Source: an uncultured Candidatus Poseidoniales archaeon (lineage in GTDB: Archaea > Thermoplasmatota > Poseidoniia > Poseidoniales > CAYMED01). Taken from it: a stretch of 64,000 bases of DNA. The position numbers and the translations under genes were made by a program. The notes under the pieces are model-generated. The model was not told the DNA's origin, searched no databases, and was given only the letters and a program-made list of their open reading frames with translations. Position 1 is the stretch's first letter; every line of letters begins with the position of its first letter. The stretch covers positions 33,081-97,080 of the forward strand of contig CAYMED010000005.1 of assembly GCA_964389655.1 (NCBI GenBank). The letters are read 5' to 3'. Below are positions 1-10,184 of the stretch, piece after piece.

Positions 1-5
1 CTTGG

Positions 6-1235
6 TCATGATGAATTAATGGTTTCAAATGCCATTGATTCACCTTGCCCAACCCCCACACATAGGCTTGCAAGACCTCGCAGGGACCCTCCTACAGGCT
101 GCGTTTTCGAGATTCTCCTCATCTCATGCAATAATGTCGTTACGATCCGCGCACCGCTGCATCCTAGAGGATGTCCCAATGCGATCGCCCCACCATTGAC
201 ATTTGTTTTTAGAGAGTCAAGGCCCAATGCATCCATGCATGCAATACTTTGAGCGGCGAATGCCTCATTCAGTTCGATGAGGTCTAAATCTTCGATCGAC
301 CAATCAATCCGTTTGAGCAGTTTACGGGTTGCAGGGACAGGTCCCCAGCCCATTGTCCGCGGCTCTACTCCAGCAGATGCTGAACCGCATATTCGTGCCA
401 TTGGCTCAAGGCCAGCACGCTTTGCCACATTAGAATCCATCACTAACAAGGCGGCAGCACCATCATTCAAACCTGAACTATTGCCCGCAGTAACCGTACC
501 CTCTGGCCGAAATATGGGGCGTAGATTCGCTAACTGTTCCAACGTGGTATCTCTTCGTGGGTGCTCATCCTGATTCACAACTAGGTCCTCTCCGCGCCGC
601 TGAGGGATTTTGACACTCACAATCTCATCTGCCATCCTTCCTTCATCCATTGCGGCAATTGCTCGCCGATGACTTTCGAGGGCATATGCATCTTGGCGAT
701 CTCGTTCAATTCCAGTTTCGTCAACGATGTGCTCTGCAGTTAGGCCTAATGCATGTGCCCCAAATGAACTTTCAATTTGGGGATTCGTCATTCTCCAACC
801 CAGGGTTGTATCCCATAATGAGCGATCTCCAAGTGATTTTCCCTCCGCATTTCGTTCAAGTACTAACGGTGCTCTTGACATTGATTCCACACCCCCTGCT
901 ATGATGATACTTGCTTCACCCGAGCATATTGCTCGTGATGCCTGAGATATCGCTGTTAATCCAGATGCACATAGCCTATTAACTGTGAATCCTGGTACCG
1001 AACTTGGTAAACCTGCAAGTAAGCTGGCCATACGCGCCACATTTCGATTATCTTCACCCGCCTGATTTGCAGCACCAAATATGACTTCATCAATGGTTGC
1101 TGAATCAATTTTAGTACGTTCAACTAGGGATTTGATGACTGCAGCGGCTAGATCGTCAGGGCGAATTGAGGAAAGTAAACCTGCCCTACGCCCGATCGGT
1201 GTGCGGATGGCATCGATCACAACAGCCTCGGCCAT
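6..1235 (-). CDS. Thiolase / 3-ketoacyl-CoA thiolase (PcaF/PaaJ-like)
   Basis: RTPIGR start, NRLCASG (acylation Cys), [13 protein letters not shown] and CVGVGQG motifs. Start moved from 1280 to ATG 1235 (MAEAVV), which has TTCATT 29 nt upstream. Confidence 0.93.
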   Translation of the reverse strand: MAEAVVIDAIRTPIGRRAGLLSSIRPDDLAAAVIKSLVERTKIDSATIDEVIFGAANQAGEDNRNVARMASLLAGLPSSVPGFTVNRLCASGLTAISQASRAICSGEASIIIAGGVESMSRAPLVLERNAEGKSLGDRSLWDTTLGWRMTNPQIESSFGAHALGLTAEHIVDETGIERDRQDAYALESHRRAIAAMDEGRMADEIVSVKIPQRRGEDLVVNQDEHPRRDTTLEQLANLRPIFRPEGTVTAGNSSGLNDGAAALLVMDSNVAKRAGLEPMARICGSASAGVEPRTMGWGPVPATRKLLKRIDWSIEDLDLIELNEAFAAQSIACMDALGLDSLKTNVNGGAIALGHPLGCSGARIVTTLLHEMRRISKTQPVGGSLRGLASLCVGVGQGESMAFETINSS

Positions 1236-1276
1236 ATAACTCCGAAAAACGGACGGGAAATGAAGTCGCCGGCTGA

Positions 1277-2911
1277 TCAAACGAAGGGAACAACACCGTA
1301 TTTGTAATCAAATAGGTAGAGCATGATGGGGAATAGGATGATTGCCATGGCATGGCTTCTCCGGATGCCAATTCGTTGAGGCAATAGGCCAATTCCGGTG
1401 CCAACTGCCATTACCAGTATCCCCATCCATGATGCATTAAACCAGGTTAATATTGTCAAGAATGCAATCACCCCTAACACTAGAGTCCGTAGAGGGATGG
1501 CCGCATGGATTCTCATAAACCAACGCCCGATCCCCATCATTAACGGTACTGCAATCAGACCAGAGGCAATGGTCACTGCTACAAAGATAACCAAGTCGCC
1601 GGGTGGTTGCACTTCAACCCAGTAATCGATAGGGTACATGCGGTCGAGTACTAGGGCTGCACCGGACCGTGGGCGGGCGATGATGTATAACCATCCGAGA
1701 ACCATGACAGTTACTGCGGTGTTGACTGCAGACAGGATCGCGATGATCTCAAGATCATCTTCGGAAGGTGAATCATCATCTGGGTCAAATGGCTCAAAGC
1801 GTTCTCCATCTTTTCGAGCACGGTCGAGCAGTCTGTCGATTCTCATCTCATCTTTTGGATTTGGATTTGGTGCTTGAAAGTGGAGAGCAGCACCAGCTGC
1901 AGCGGACCCATGTCCGATTGCAACAGCAGCAGCAGTCGACAAGGCTTTGGCTCTCATGGCTCCCGCTGCAGGAGCAGTTTCCCATTCCAAAAGATGAGCA
2001 GAAGGATCTATGACTCTGCGGATCAAGTTTCTTCCACTCATAACTAAGACAGTTGCTTGAGCAGCGGTCATCCCGGGTAAGAACCCCATCATGGCTCCTA
2101 TACCTGAGGAACCCATACAAGGTCCCAGGAGGCGTTTAGGCGGCGGGAGTTGCCATTCATCGTGTTGCTCGGGGATTTCCGACATTGTTACGTAAATGTC
2201 GATCAATCCTGCTACCCCGAAAAGACCCGCAAGTGCCGGTCCCAGCAACGTAGGTGATGGGATGCCAATTGGGCTATTAGCGGGTAATTGAAATACAGCA
2301 AATCCATAGAACCCAGCGAGCAAGAAATAACTGATGGCCGCAATAGTGCCTGCGAATCTAGAATCATCTCCGAGTTTACCTTTACTCAAGTTTTGAATCC
2401 ATATGGGCCATGACAATCTTGTACGTTCCGTGTAAAGAAGCATCAGCGTAATTGCAAGCAAGATCCAAGCTAATTGGCCGCGAATTTCCTGGTACCAACC
2501 CGTTTCAGGTCCGAATAATATTCGTCCAAGAACGAGGAGTGGGAGTGAGAGGATAAGGCCGAGCTGACTTCCGCGGGCTGAATATCCCACGCCAAGTGGT
2601 GCGTGACCTGAAAGAAGCATGCGGTGTCCTGGAAGAAGAGCAAGTGCAGTGGAATCTTCCGGTGCTCCCAATAATGCGGCGGGGACGTAGCCAACAAAAG
2701 TGTGAACTGTACCGCATGCAACTATGATAACGGCGACAGATTGCAATGAGACTCCCATTGAGATGAACACTGGTGTCAGGCTCAGAAGCACAAGTGCAAC
2801 TGTATTGACATGAAATCCGGGGATGAGTCCGGTAAGTGAACCCATGGCAATTCCGATGAACATTGCAACGAAAATCCATCCAAGTTCAACAATGAACACA
2901 GAGACATCCAT
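1277..2911 (-). CDS. Archaeal TctA-family (DUF112) tripartite tricarboxylate transporter-like permease
   Basis: [39 protein letters not shown] and RSGAA motifs; many TM helices. Likely start MDVSVF (2911); the ORF track start is 2959. Confidence 0.8.
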   Translation of the reverse strand: MDVSVFIVELGWIFVAMFIGIAMGSLTGLIPGFHVNTVALVLLSLTPVFISMGVSLQSVAVIIVACGTVHTFVGYVPAALLGAPEDSTALALLPGHRMLLSGHAPLGVGYSARGSQLGLILSLPLLVLGRILFGPETGWYQEIRGQLAWILLAITLMLLYTERTRLSWPIWIQNLSKGKLGDDSRFAGTIAAISYFLLAGFYGFAVFQLPANSPIGIPSPTLLGPALAGLFGVAGLIDIYVTMSEIPEQHDEWQLPPPKRLLGPCMGSSGIGAMMGFLPGMTAAQATVLVMSGRNLIRRVIDPSAHLLEWETAPAAGAMRAKALSTAAAVAIGHGSAAAGAALHFQAPNPNPKDEMRIDRLLDRARKDGERFEPFDPDDDSPSEDDLEIIAILSAVNTAVTVMVLGWLYIIARPRSGAALVLDRMYPIDYWVEVQPPGDLVIFVAVTIASGLIAVPLMMGIGRWFMRIHAAIPLRTLVLGVIAFLTILTWFNASWMGILVMAVGTGIGLLPQRIGIRRSHAMAIILFPIMLYLFDYKYGVVPFV

Positions 2912-2924
2912 GAAATCGGTCTCC

Positions 2925-4499
2925 CTAGGTTGAATTATCCACGGTTTTGGGTTGTTCAAACACGAACCTGATTAGTGCTTCCTCTTCATCGAGTTCTTCG
3001 GCCAATATGGCAGACCAAAGGTGTACGCCACCGACATCACCCTCGACGCTTGACACGTTATCAAGTTCTACTTTGGCAGTTTTCGTCCGTGTAGCGTCAG
3101 AAAGCGTCCAGCCAATGCTTTCACTTCCCTCCAAAATTCCCTCGATGTGAACCTTTTCTCCCACTGCGTAAGACCAACGACTCATCCCATCCCACGCCAA
3201 CGTTGTGGGCTCTGCATCATTGAGGATGATAATCCACTGTACTGTGAATTTTAATCTAGAGTAATAAGAATCCCAAGAGATTTTTCCCCCCATAATTGTG
3301 TCGGATTCAGCATGTATTTCCTCCGAACGCGGCTTCTCCAACTCAAAGGATAGACGTGCTTTTGTGTTGGGATAGACTTGGTCCATTAGATATCCTGAGT
3401 CATCTTGCCCCTTGAGGCTGTAGGAATTATACCCATGTAATATCACTTCGTGACTGCCATTGAGGTATTGTTCAGGATTACGAGTGATATGAAATAATGA
3501 ATGAGTTGCATTGTAGTCTGAAGGGATGCTTTCTTCTTCAATTGTTGGGGCACGATTTGCATCTGTCGTTCGGTCAAGGCATATCTCGCCAGAGTCACTC
3601 CATACAAGTCGGCCTATCCAGTTGTTTAGTCCAAGAGAGGTTGCATTGGCGAGGTCATCGGGGCCGGGAAGAAAGCAGATCGATGCAATCCCATCTTGAC
3701 GTTCTATTCTCCACGATGATGATTCGTTTATTGCTCTCCCCTCAACAACAACGGCTTTTCCGATTTCATATGACCAAGAACTTGGTTCACTCGCCCAGTT
3801 AAGTGTGATGCGCGTTCCAATCGTCAATACAGTCAATTCTTCAGCACGAATTTGAAATTTCCATTTTGCGGCTTTTGAATCATAAACAACAATTCCACTT
3901 GCCTTGATTTCAGCACCCGCTTCAACCCAATCACTGGGATATCCCAACACAACCATGTATAGTGAAGTGAGTGAATTGGCATAGGATGGGTGATCCTGAA
4001 GGCTCAAACTTTGGTAATTTTCCCATGGCTCAAGTGTGCTGCCAATAAATCCCTGTATCTCAACTGCACTATCGGTGTAATTTGATGGGTCATGAGCAAT
4101 ATCCGATAACGTGGCGGTTGATGCCTCTCGAACTTCAAGAATTTCTATTGCACCAAACCCTGCGGCATTAAGGTAGATACTTCCGCGATAAGCGGTTACG
4201 TCCCCAGTAACTTGTATGATTGAACCAATAGGCGGCATATCCGGCCGTGTTTCAGTCCATTTCACGCGCAATACCGTATCAGTTGTTGGTTCACGCAGTA
4301 GGAGGTTTTTCAGATCGGAACCATCACTGTAAGGGTCTTCTGTCCATGAAACCAATTCACCCTCTACTCGAATCACATTTTGAATATTATTTTCCACTTC
4401 GCTAAATGACACCAAATCCGGGACTCGAACAACCGCGTAAAGGTTGAGACCTGCAACGATTAACACACCAAAGGCAAACATGGACCATAGTTTGGTCAT
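2925..4499 (-). CDS. Membrane-anchored extracellular protein with multiple OB-fold-like repeats
   Basis: N-terminal TM helix, then repeated V-x-V-x-G strands (VIRVEGELV, IGSIIQVTGDV..YRG, AVEIQGF, IGKAVVVEG, VGEKVHIEG) typical of OB folds; internal duplication visible. Confidence 0.6.
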   Translation of the reverse strand: MTKLWSMFAFGVLIVAGLNLYAVVRVPDLVSFSEVENNIQNVIRVEGELVSWTEDPYSDGSDLKNLLLREPTTDTVLRVKWTETRPDMPPIGSIIQVTGDVTAYRGSIYLNAAGFGAIEILEVREASTATLSDIAHDPSNYTDSAVEIQGFIGSTLEPWENYQSLSLQDHPSYANSLTSLYMVVLGYPSDWVEAGAEIKASGIVVYDSKAAKWKFQIRAEELTVLTIGTRITLNWASEPSSWSYEIGKAVVVEGRAINESSSWRIERQDGIASICFLPGPDDLANATSLGLNNWIGRLVWSDSGEICLDRTTDANRAPTIEEESIPSDYNATHSLFHITRNPEQYLNGSHEVILHGYNSYSLKGQDDSGYLMDQVYPNTKARLSFELEKPRSEEIHAESDTIMGGKISWDSYYSRLKFTVQWIIILNDAEPTTLAWDGMSRWSYAVGEKVHIEGILEGSESIGWTLSDATRTKTAKVELDNVSSVEGDVGGVHLWSAILAEELDEEEALIRFVFEQPKTVDNST

Positions 4500-4582
4500 G
4501 ACCCTGTGAGGTGTTCCCTCCTCGTCTAGATTTCGGCTGTACTCGACGATCTGTTGAAGGGGTGAATTGCGTCGGCTAAATT

Positions 4583-5866
4583 ATGCCTCCCCCCAAAGTG
4601 CGCGTGGTTCGGGATCCCGTACACAAGGATATCTCTCTCAATGAGGATGCAGTTTCTGTGATTGATACGCTTGAATTTCAACGCCTACGGTCGATTAGTC
4701 AGTTGGCTACAACGGAATACGTATTTCCTTCTGCAACTCACACAAGATTTGCTCATTCACTCGGTTCCTTTCATCTTGCTGAGCGACTTGTCGGCCAATT
4801 GTGCGAAGATCCCTCGGGGATGCTCTCCTCTGATGACGCACGCTTAGTTCCTCTTGCAGCCCTTGTCCATGATTTAGGACACCCGCCATTTAGTCACATG
4901 CTTGAATCTGCCGAGATTTATGCGTGTGCGAGAGATCATGAAGAATGGGGAAGGATGATTCTCACAGACCCTGATACCGAAATAGGGCAAGTCCTGCGAA
5001 ACCGTGTAGGTGAACAGGGGTTAGATCGGGTCCTTGAAATTTTAGATGGTTCAGCAGAACCGGCGTTCCTCGGTGAAATTGTTTCCAGTCAGATGGACGT
5101 GGATAGATTCGACTACACTCTGCGCGATTCAATGTTCACGGGAGCAAATATGGGCGGATTCGATGTTCTTCGATGTTTGCGTGGAATTACCATTGGGAAT
5201 AATGGTCGCCTTGTAATTCGCCATAAGTCAATCGCGGCTTTTGAATCGCATCTTGTCAGTCGTCATCACATGTACCATCAAGTTTATTTTCACAAAATAA
5301 ATCTCCTTACGCAGGCTTATGCACGGCGCGCACTGATTCGTGCTCGTGCATTACTGTTGGCGGATTCTATCACAACTAGCGCCTCCATGCGGGCGATGCT
5401 GTTGGATTCCGAATTATCCGTTTCAGGTTATCTACGTCTGACTGATGCAACTGTCATGGAGGCTTTCAGGGAGTGGGTCGATGCATCGGATGAAATTCTT
5501 TCCACCTATTGCCAACGCCTTTTGAGCCGGCGGGGATTTCACAAACGGTTACGGGTGCCAAACCTTGATGACGAGACCCTTGAACACAGCCTCCCTTGGT
5601 TACGGAGTTTATTGGCTGAACAAGGTCTTGATCCAGAACACGATCTTCTCGTGGAACGCGTTGCAAAAGATGGCTATGTCCCCTACAAAGCGCGAGGCAT
5701 CACGGTGGAAGACGGGCTTGACCTTGCTGATCATTCCCCCATCGCGGCTGCAATAGCTGGAAAAACCCGAACGATTATGGCATTTGTTCCGAATGAAGTT
5801 CTTGAAGAAGCTGAGAGAACAGTTCAGATGGTTAAGGCAGACCTCCACAATAACAGCAAGCCTTGA
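4583..5866 (+). CDS. HD-domain phosphohydrolase (SAMHD1/YdhJ-like, putative dNTP triphosphohydrolase)
   Basis: RDPVH, FQRLRSISQL, HTRFAHSLG, HDLGHPPFSH and DVDRFDY..RD motifs. Confidence 0.9.
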   Translation: MPPPKVRVVRDPVHKDISLNEDAVSVIDTLEFQRLRSISQLATTEYVFPSATHTRFAHSLGSFHLAERLVGQLCEDPSGMLSSDDARLVPLAALVHDLGHPPFSHMLESAEIYACARDHEEWGRMILTDPDTEIGQVLRNRVGEQGLDRVLEILDGSAEPAFLGEIVSSQMDVDRFDYTLRDSMFTGANMGGFDVLRCLRGITIGNNGRLVIRHKSIAAFESHLVSRHHMYHQVYFHKINLLTQAYARRALIRARALLLADSITTSASMRAMLLDSELSVSGYLRLTDATVMEAFREWVDASDEILSTYCQRLLSRRGFHKRLRVPNLDDETLEHSLPWLRSLLAEQGLDPEHDLLVERVAKDGYVPYKARGITVEDGLDLADHSPIAAAIAGKTRTIMAFVPNEVLEEAERTVQMVKADLHNNSKP

Positions 5867-5868
5867 AC
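5863..5868 (+). promoter_or_regulatory. Relaxed TATA-like box (TTGAAC) upstream of the tRNA
   Basis: Begins 30 nt upstream of the mature tRNA 5' end; same spacing as similar hexamers before several CDS starts. Confidence 0.4.
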
Positions 5869-5892
5869 GATCTATGCCCTCTCGGACCTATT

Positions 5893-5966
5893 GGGCCAGT
5901 AGCTTAGTTGGTTAGAGCACCCGGCTCATAACCGGGCGGTCGTCGGTTCAAATCCGACCTGGCCCA
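5893..5966 (+). tRNA. tRNA with CAU anticodon, most likely tRNA-Ile2 (agmatidine-modified)
   Basis: Cloverleaf: acceptor stem GGGCCAG/CTGGCCC+A, D arm TAGCTTAGTTGGTTAGAGC, anticodon arm CCCGG-CT-CAT-AA-CCGGG (CAT at 5927-5929), T arm GGTTCAAATCC. No intron and no encoded CCA. The GGGC 5' end resembles archaeal Ile tRNAs rather than the initiator (AGC). Confidence 0.92.
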
Positions 5967-6069
5967 TCCGAAATTTCGCAATAATGAGCACCTTCAGATG
6001 ATTATGATATGATGAAGGGGTCCAAAACGGTTAACAGGATCGCGTGAGTCTAGATGGTTGAGTTGTCAT

Positions 6070-6999
6070 ATGTCGATCCGGCGGGCCACCCTAATTCTGA
6101 TGCTCTACGGCCTTAGTTTGACTGCAATCGCCATTCCAGCAAGTGCTCAGGTGTCCCCTTCCCCCGATGTTTCAATTACCTGTAAGAAAGGGCTGATCGA
6201 GATGGATGTTTATCCTGGTGCCGATTACATGGCTGATGTTGAATGTCAGGCTTACAATCCAACCGGGTATGCTGAAACTGTGCGCATACAAGTATCTGCT
6301 CAAGGGCTAACATATTCTGCTCCAGGATCAATCGTTGTTGGTTCTGGTGGAACAGAAACATTCCCGGTTACTGTGCGCGGTCTACAGCGCATGGAACACG
6401 ATTCACGAACTCTCTCGATTACAGGATATGTGGACCAATTCAATGGTGTTGCAAATCCTAATCCCCAGGCCCGTGAATTTTCAGTAATTGTGAATATCAA
6501 GCAGTATGCACGAATCCGTGTTGAGGCTTTCGAACCGTTTGTCCAACTTGGCCCTAGAGATGACTACTTCTTCGAGTTCAAAGTGCACAATGATGGAAAT
6601 TCACGGGACAAAATGGTGCTACTCATTCCAACCCAAGGTGATTTGGAAGCAGAGGGCTTCCAAGTTGTATTGCCTGCTGTGAGCACTGAGGTGGATCCAC
6701 AAACGTATGAAAAGGTCAGGGTGCAAGTACGGACTCCGAAGAAGCAAGGATGGACAGATCGCTATTTCCAATTGAGCCTGCGTGCAACTTCTGATTATGA
6801 TACCAAATTACGGAATAGCGCAGATAGTGCTGAAAACGAACTTCAGACTATTACGATCTATGTGCGAGGGATCTATTTACCTGGTCCAAGTTTTGTGCCT
6901 AGTCTTGTGATGATGGCATTGGCATTTGCGGTTGTGCATCGTCGACGTTCTGAAGAGATTGAAGACCCCCCCCCTGACAGTCTTAGATCTTGGCGATGA
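6070..6999 (+). CDS. Secreted Ig-like surface protein with PGF-CTERM-like C-terminal sorting signal (choice-of-anchor T-like)
   Basis: Signal peptide (RRATLILML..PASA), beta-rich body with V-x-N-x-G-N motifs, C-terminal LPGP + TM + HRRR. Start ATG 6070 preferred over TTG 6058. Confidence 0.65.
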   Translation: MSIRRATLILMLYGLSLTAIAIPASAQVSPSPDVSITCKKGLIEMDVYPGADYMADVECQAYNPTGYAETVRIQVSAQGLTYSAPGSIVVGSGGTETFPVTVRGLQRMEHDSRTLSITGYVDQFNGVANPNPQAREFSVIVNIKQYARIRVEAFEPFVQLGPRDDYFFEFKVHNDGNSRDKMVLLIPTQGDLEAEGFQVVLPAVSTEVDPQTYEKVRVQVRTPKKQGWTDRYFQLSLRATSDYDTKLRNSADSAENELQTITIYVRGIYLPGPSFVPSLVMMALAFAVVHRRRSEEIEDPPPDSLRSWR

Positions 7000-7062
7000 C
7001 AGGCAATCTTAGGCGCTCTTTGTGCGAGGCTTCATATCCGATCAACAGACAAGAAGGGTCTG

Positions 7063-8355
7063 ATGTCAGGTCTTCTCGATCGCGCTAAGGCGAAGCGTGA
7101 GGATGACTTGGATCCAAAAATTGACTCGGTAGGCGGAGTTTCTTCAGCAGCCGAAAAAGGAGTTGCATCTGAGGGATTGCTTGCAACGGCAATCGGTTTA
7201 TCCTCTGAAAACGAAGACGGCACTCCTGGACCTGCCGTTAATCCTTTCACCATTGGCGGCACTCTTTCCCTCCTCACCGGTGCATTCAGCACGCTACATT
7301 TAGACAAGATTCCATTTGGTGGATGGATTGTTCTCTGTCTATTTATTGGAGGATATGCGGGCTTCTCGCGCGGGTGGAAAGTAGGGCCAAATGCTGGTAA
7401 ACCCTTGTCGGGCAAACAATGGTCGGTCCTCGCAGTTGTTTGGCTTCTCGTTGGACTTCCACCATATTTTGCCGCATGGGACGTGGATGCAGTGTCTCTT
7501 TCAGTGGGTGGATTTGATGTTGATGAAGCAAATAACGCTCTTGATTTCAAACTCTATACCACAGGACATTCAGGAGATGCCACAATCACAATTTCTCGTT
7601 CTAATTCTGACCTTTGGACGCTGACTCTTCCGATTGCAGCCACAGGAGTGACTTCGGTTTCAGTCCCATTTAGCAAAATCCTTGATGGAAATGGGCATGA
7701 TTCAAGGGGTCTAGAATCTGAACCCTACATGATGAAAATCTCCCTATCAGATGGTGCGGAAAAAACGTCCCAAATCGATGCTGCCCTTCTAGATCGCATT
7801 GCAGTTTCAGCAGGTGGTGAAATTATTGCGCGAAAGACCTACCAAACAGGAGATGAATCGGGAATTAAGTACCTAGGGGCGCAACTTAGGATGAATCTTG
7901 GAATACGCGATCCAACCGATTCAGTGCAAGCATCTGAAGGGCGATCTTCTGCCCTAATCCGCCCTACAACAGGGGACTATGACATCAACCTCGAGATTGT
8001 GAAAGGAGAGTCTGGAACTTCAGATTCTCGCTGGTCTCATCCTCTAGTCGAAGTGCGTGGTGAGTCTGTAAATTGGGCCGGTGGTACTGGATTATTGGTC
8101 GATGGTTGGGTAACACTTGGCGGCACTCTAGAGGAGGATGGTGAGGTGATATTGGATCGAAATGATTTCTATGCTGGCGACGGATGTTACAGGATGAAGT
8201 ACACCGTTACTCATCTTGATTGGCCAGACAATATGGAGGCGTCTGGGCCAGTTTACAAGCAAGTATTCATTGATGATAGTCAAGGATTTGAATTGCGCTG
8301 GGATGCATCTGAGGAGGGAAATGACCCTGAACCAGGCGCTCCTTGGGAATGCTAA
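7063..8355 (+). CDS. Hypothetical membrane protein (about 3 TM helices plus a beta-rich extracellular domain)
   Basis: 430-aa ORF with a charged N-terminus, hydrophobic helices near aa 60-140 and a beta-rich C-terminal part. Confidence 0.7.
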   Translation: MSGLLDRAKAKREDDLDPKIDSVGGVSSAAEKGVASEGLLATAIGLSSENEDGTPGPAVNPFTIGGTLSLLTGAFSTLHLDKIPFGGWIVLCLFIGGYAGFSRGWKVGPNAGKPLSGKQWSVLAVVWLLVGLPPYFAAWDVDAVSLSVGGFDVDEANNALDFKLYTTGHSGDATITISRSNSDLWTLTLPIAATGVTSVSVPFSKILDGNGHDSRGLESEPYMMKISLSDGAEKTSQIDAALLDRIAVSAGGEIIARKTYQTGDESGIKYLGAQLRMNLGIRDPTDSVQASEGRSSALIRPTTGDYDINLEIVKGESGTSDSRWSHPLVEVRGESVNWAGGTGLLVDGWVTLGGTLEEDGEVILDRNDFYAGDGCYRMKYTVTHLDWPDNMEASGPVYKQVFIDDSQGFELRWDASEEGNDPEPGAPWEC

Positions 8356-8362
8356 TTTTAGT

Positions 8363-10054
8363 TCATTCTTCACCATGGAATGTGTCTAGTTTATTTGAGT
8401 CTAGGAAGCTCTTCCGCCGTAGAAGTACTGCTAAAGCTGATGCGATGACAATCCCCATCCCTATCACGAAAGCGATTCCAGTGTTTGCGCCTTTTGACTC
8501 ACTCTTTATCCATAGCAATTCCCCCGAAGTTGCAGAAATCGTGATCCCTTCAGATCCCGCTGGAAGTGATCCAGTACCCGGGTCTGGTGCGCACGTGAGG
8601 GTCTTTATTCCACCCTCTGCAGACCGCCAAATCACGCTAACATTTGTTTTCTGACTCTGATCTAATTCAACTCTAGGGCTGCGTGGTGTGATGTCCGCCT
8701 CATCACCATTGCTTGTGCAAGAGATGCTTGTGTTCACTGAGGCACTTCCGAGGTTCTGAATTTCGATTTCTGCTAGAACCGTCCCTGATGTCTCGGAAGA
8801 TGTGGTATTAAGTTGAATGCTAGTTACCTTTGGATTAGGTGAATTAGCAGAGATGTAATGTGTTTCATTGAGTCCAATAATTTGATTTACTAATTCGACA
8901 TCTTGCCATGCTCCGTCCCATGAAAGGTTGAACGTAGCATTCATCCACTCCAGATCCCCATTTGCCCTTCCAATCGCTACAATGTCGTGGCCAAACACGC
9001 TGGTTCGCTCCAATGTCCAACTCCCATCTGAACCCGTTGTCCCCCATTGTGTCTGTCTGGATATTCCAAGCCCAGATACTGAAATTTCGGCATTGGGATA
9101 TGGTGTTTGAAGTGTTTGATCGTTGATCAGGCGGATCCATCGGTCACAAACGTCTGCTGAACTCGAACCGCTCAATGTCACACTGCTCCCAAAATTTGCA
9201 GAAGATGCCTTCCCGCTAAGGATTGCATCTGCCAAGTACCCCCTTCCGTAAGATGTACATCCCTGAATGGATCCACTCTGCCAATCTAATATTCCTCCAA
9301 GTTGAACATCAAGGGGGCTGCTCGCAGTGGCAGAACTGTTGACTGCAGTTGCATGACCACCCATGATCTGGAGTTTAACTCCATGGATCGATGAATTTGT
9401 TAGGGTGAGGTCACCTTCTACATTAATCTCGATCGGTCTTTCTCCCTCTACCATAAAACCTCCCGAATGTGGCAATAATCCCGCAGAAATATTGCTGTCG
9501 CTCGTGCCACGAATAACCCGAATTGAAGATATTTTGATCTGTGTTGAGGTGGAACTTGTGTTTCTCGATATGACAAGACTTGTTTCATTTCCTATGTTCG
9601 AGGGAATTGCAACATCATCCGTTGTGCCATCGAGCTCGTGGGTAGTTGAAGATCCATCCCATGTCGCATTCCATCCTGTCAGATTAGTTCCATCTCCGGC
9701 ATATATGCGTGCAAGAGCCACGCTTCCAGCATTTTCAGTGGGCACTTCAACAGTTCCACTAGTCCCCCAAGATGTCAGCATAGGTTGCCATTCGCTAGCC
9801 GATATGCTCGCATTAATCATCCGCAATGTGCCCCCTGGCTTTACTGCAATTAGCAGAGTCTCATTGACCTTAATTTCAGCATGGTCTATGGTGAGTTGCG
9901 CACCATTTTTTATCAGAACGAAACCACTCATCGTCGTATTTTCGTCCCATGTGATGGAACCTGTGATGGTTTCATCTACGGGTGACGATGGCGGTGCTCC
10001 TGCCATTGCGGGCATGGCGACAAGGAGCACAAGTAGAATCGTCGTGCGATACAT
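8363..10054 (-). CDS. Secreted surface glycoprotein (beta-helix-like N-terminal part, CARDB-like domain, C-terminal TM anchor)
   Basis: Signal peptide, GAQLTI/GGTL..INASI beta-helix-like strands, IQNLG (CARDB-like), TM + RRK; about 16 NxS/T sequons counted. Confidence 0.7.
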   Translation of the reverse strand: MYRTTILLVLLVAMPAMAGAPPSSPVDETITGSITWDENTTMSGFVLIKNGAQLTIDHAEIKVNETLLIAVKPGGTLRMINASISASEWQPMLTSWGTSGTVEVPTENAGSVALARIYAGDGTNLTGWNATWDGSSTTHELDGTTDDVAIPSNIGNETSLVISRNTSSTSTQIKISSIRVIRGTSDSNISAGLLPHSGGFMVEGERPIEINVEGDLTLTNSSIHGVKLQIMGGHATAVNSSATASSPLDVQLGGILDWQSGSIQGCTSYGRGYLADAILSGKASSANFGSSVTLSGSSSADVCDRWIRLINDQTLQTPYPNAEISVSGLGISRQTQWGTTGSDGSWTLERTSVFGHDIVAIGRANGDLEWMNATFNLSWDGAWQDVELVNQIIGLNETHYISANSPNPKVTSIQLNTTSSETSGTVLAEIEIQNLGSASVNTSISCTSNGDEADITPRSPRVELDQSQKTNVSVIWRSAEGGIKTLTCAPDPGTGSLPAGSEGITISATSGELLWIKSESKGANTGIAFVIGMGIVIASALAVLLRRKSFLDSNKLDTFHGEE

Positions 10055-10184
10055 GGCCCTGCGGTGTCGCTTTGTTTCATCAACACACCGGGTCTAAATT
10101 CCCTTGATTAGAGCATTTCGGTTGGCTTGCCATTAGGCCGAATGACTCCGGCAAACCTATGCCCTCATTCATGCTCCAACACAT

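Noticed and set aside
5893-5966. tRNA as an integration site for a provirus or island
   Set aside because: No integrase or viral gene nearby, and I saw no duplicated tRNA 3' end in the window.
5893-5966. Calling the CAU tRNA initiator or elongator Met
   Set aside because: It lacks the A1-U72 pair and AGC start of archaeal initiators and resembles Ile tRNAs. Elongator Met cannot be fully excluded without an isotype model.
5969-6018. Palindrome CGAAATTTCG and inverted repeat CCTTCA..TGAAGG after the tRNA
   Set aside because: Short enough to occur by chance; no U-tract or other support for a terminator or ncRNA.
9363-10097. 244-aa plus-strand ORF and similar long shadow ORFs (33353..33955, 46201..46818, 48418..49071, 62754..63374, 7032..7550, 23534..24061)
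   Set aside because: They lie antisense to better-supported genes, are Ser/Pro/Arg-rich and have no motifs.
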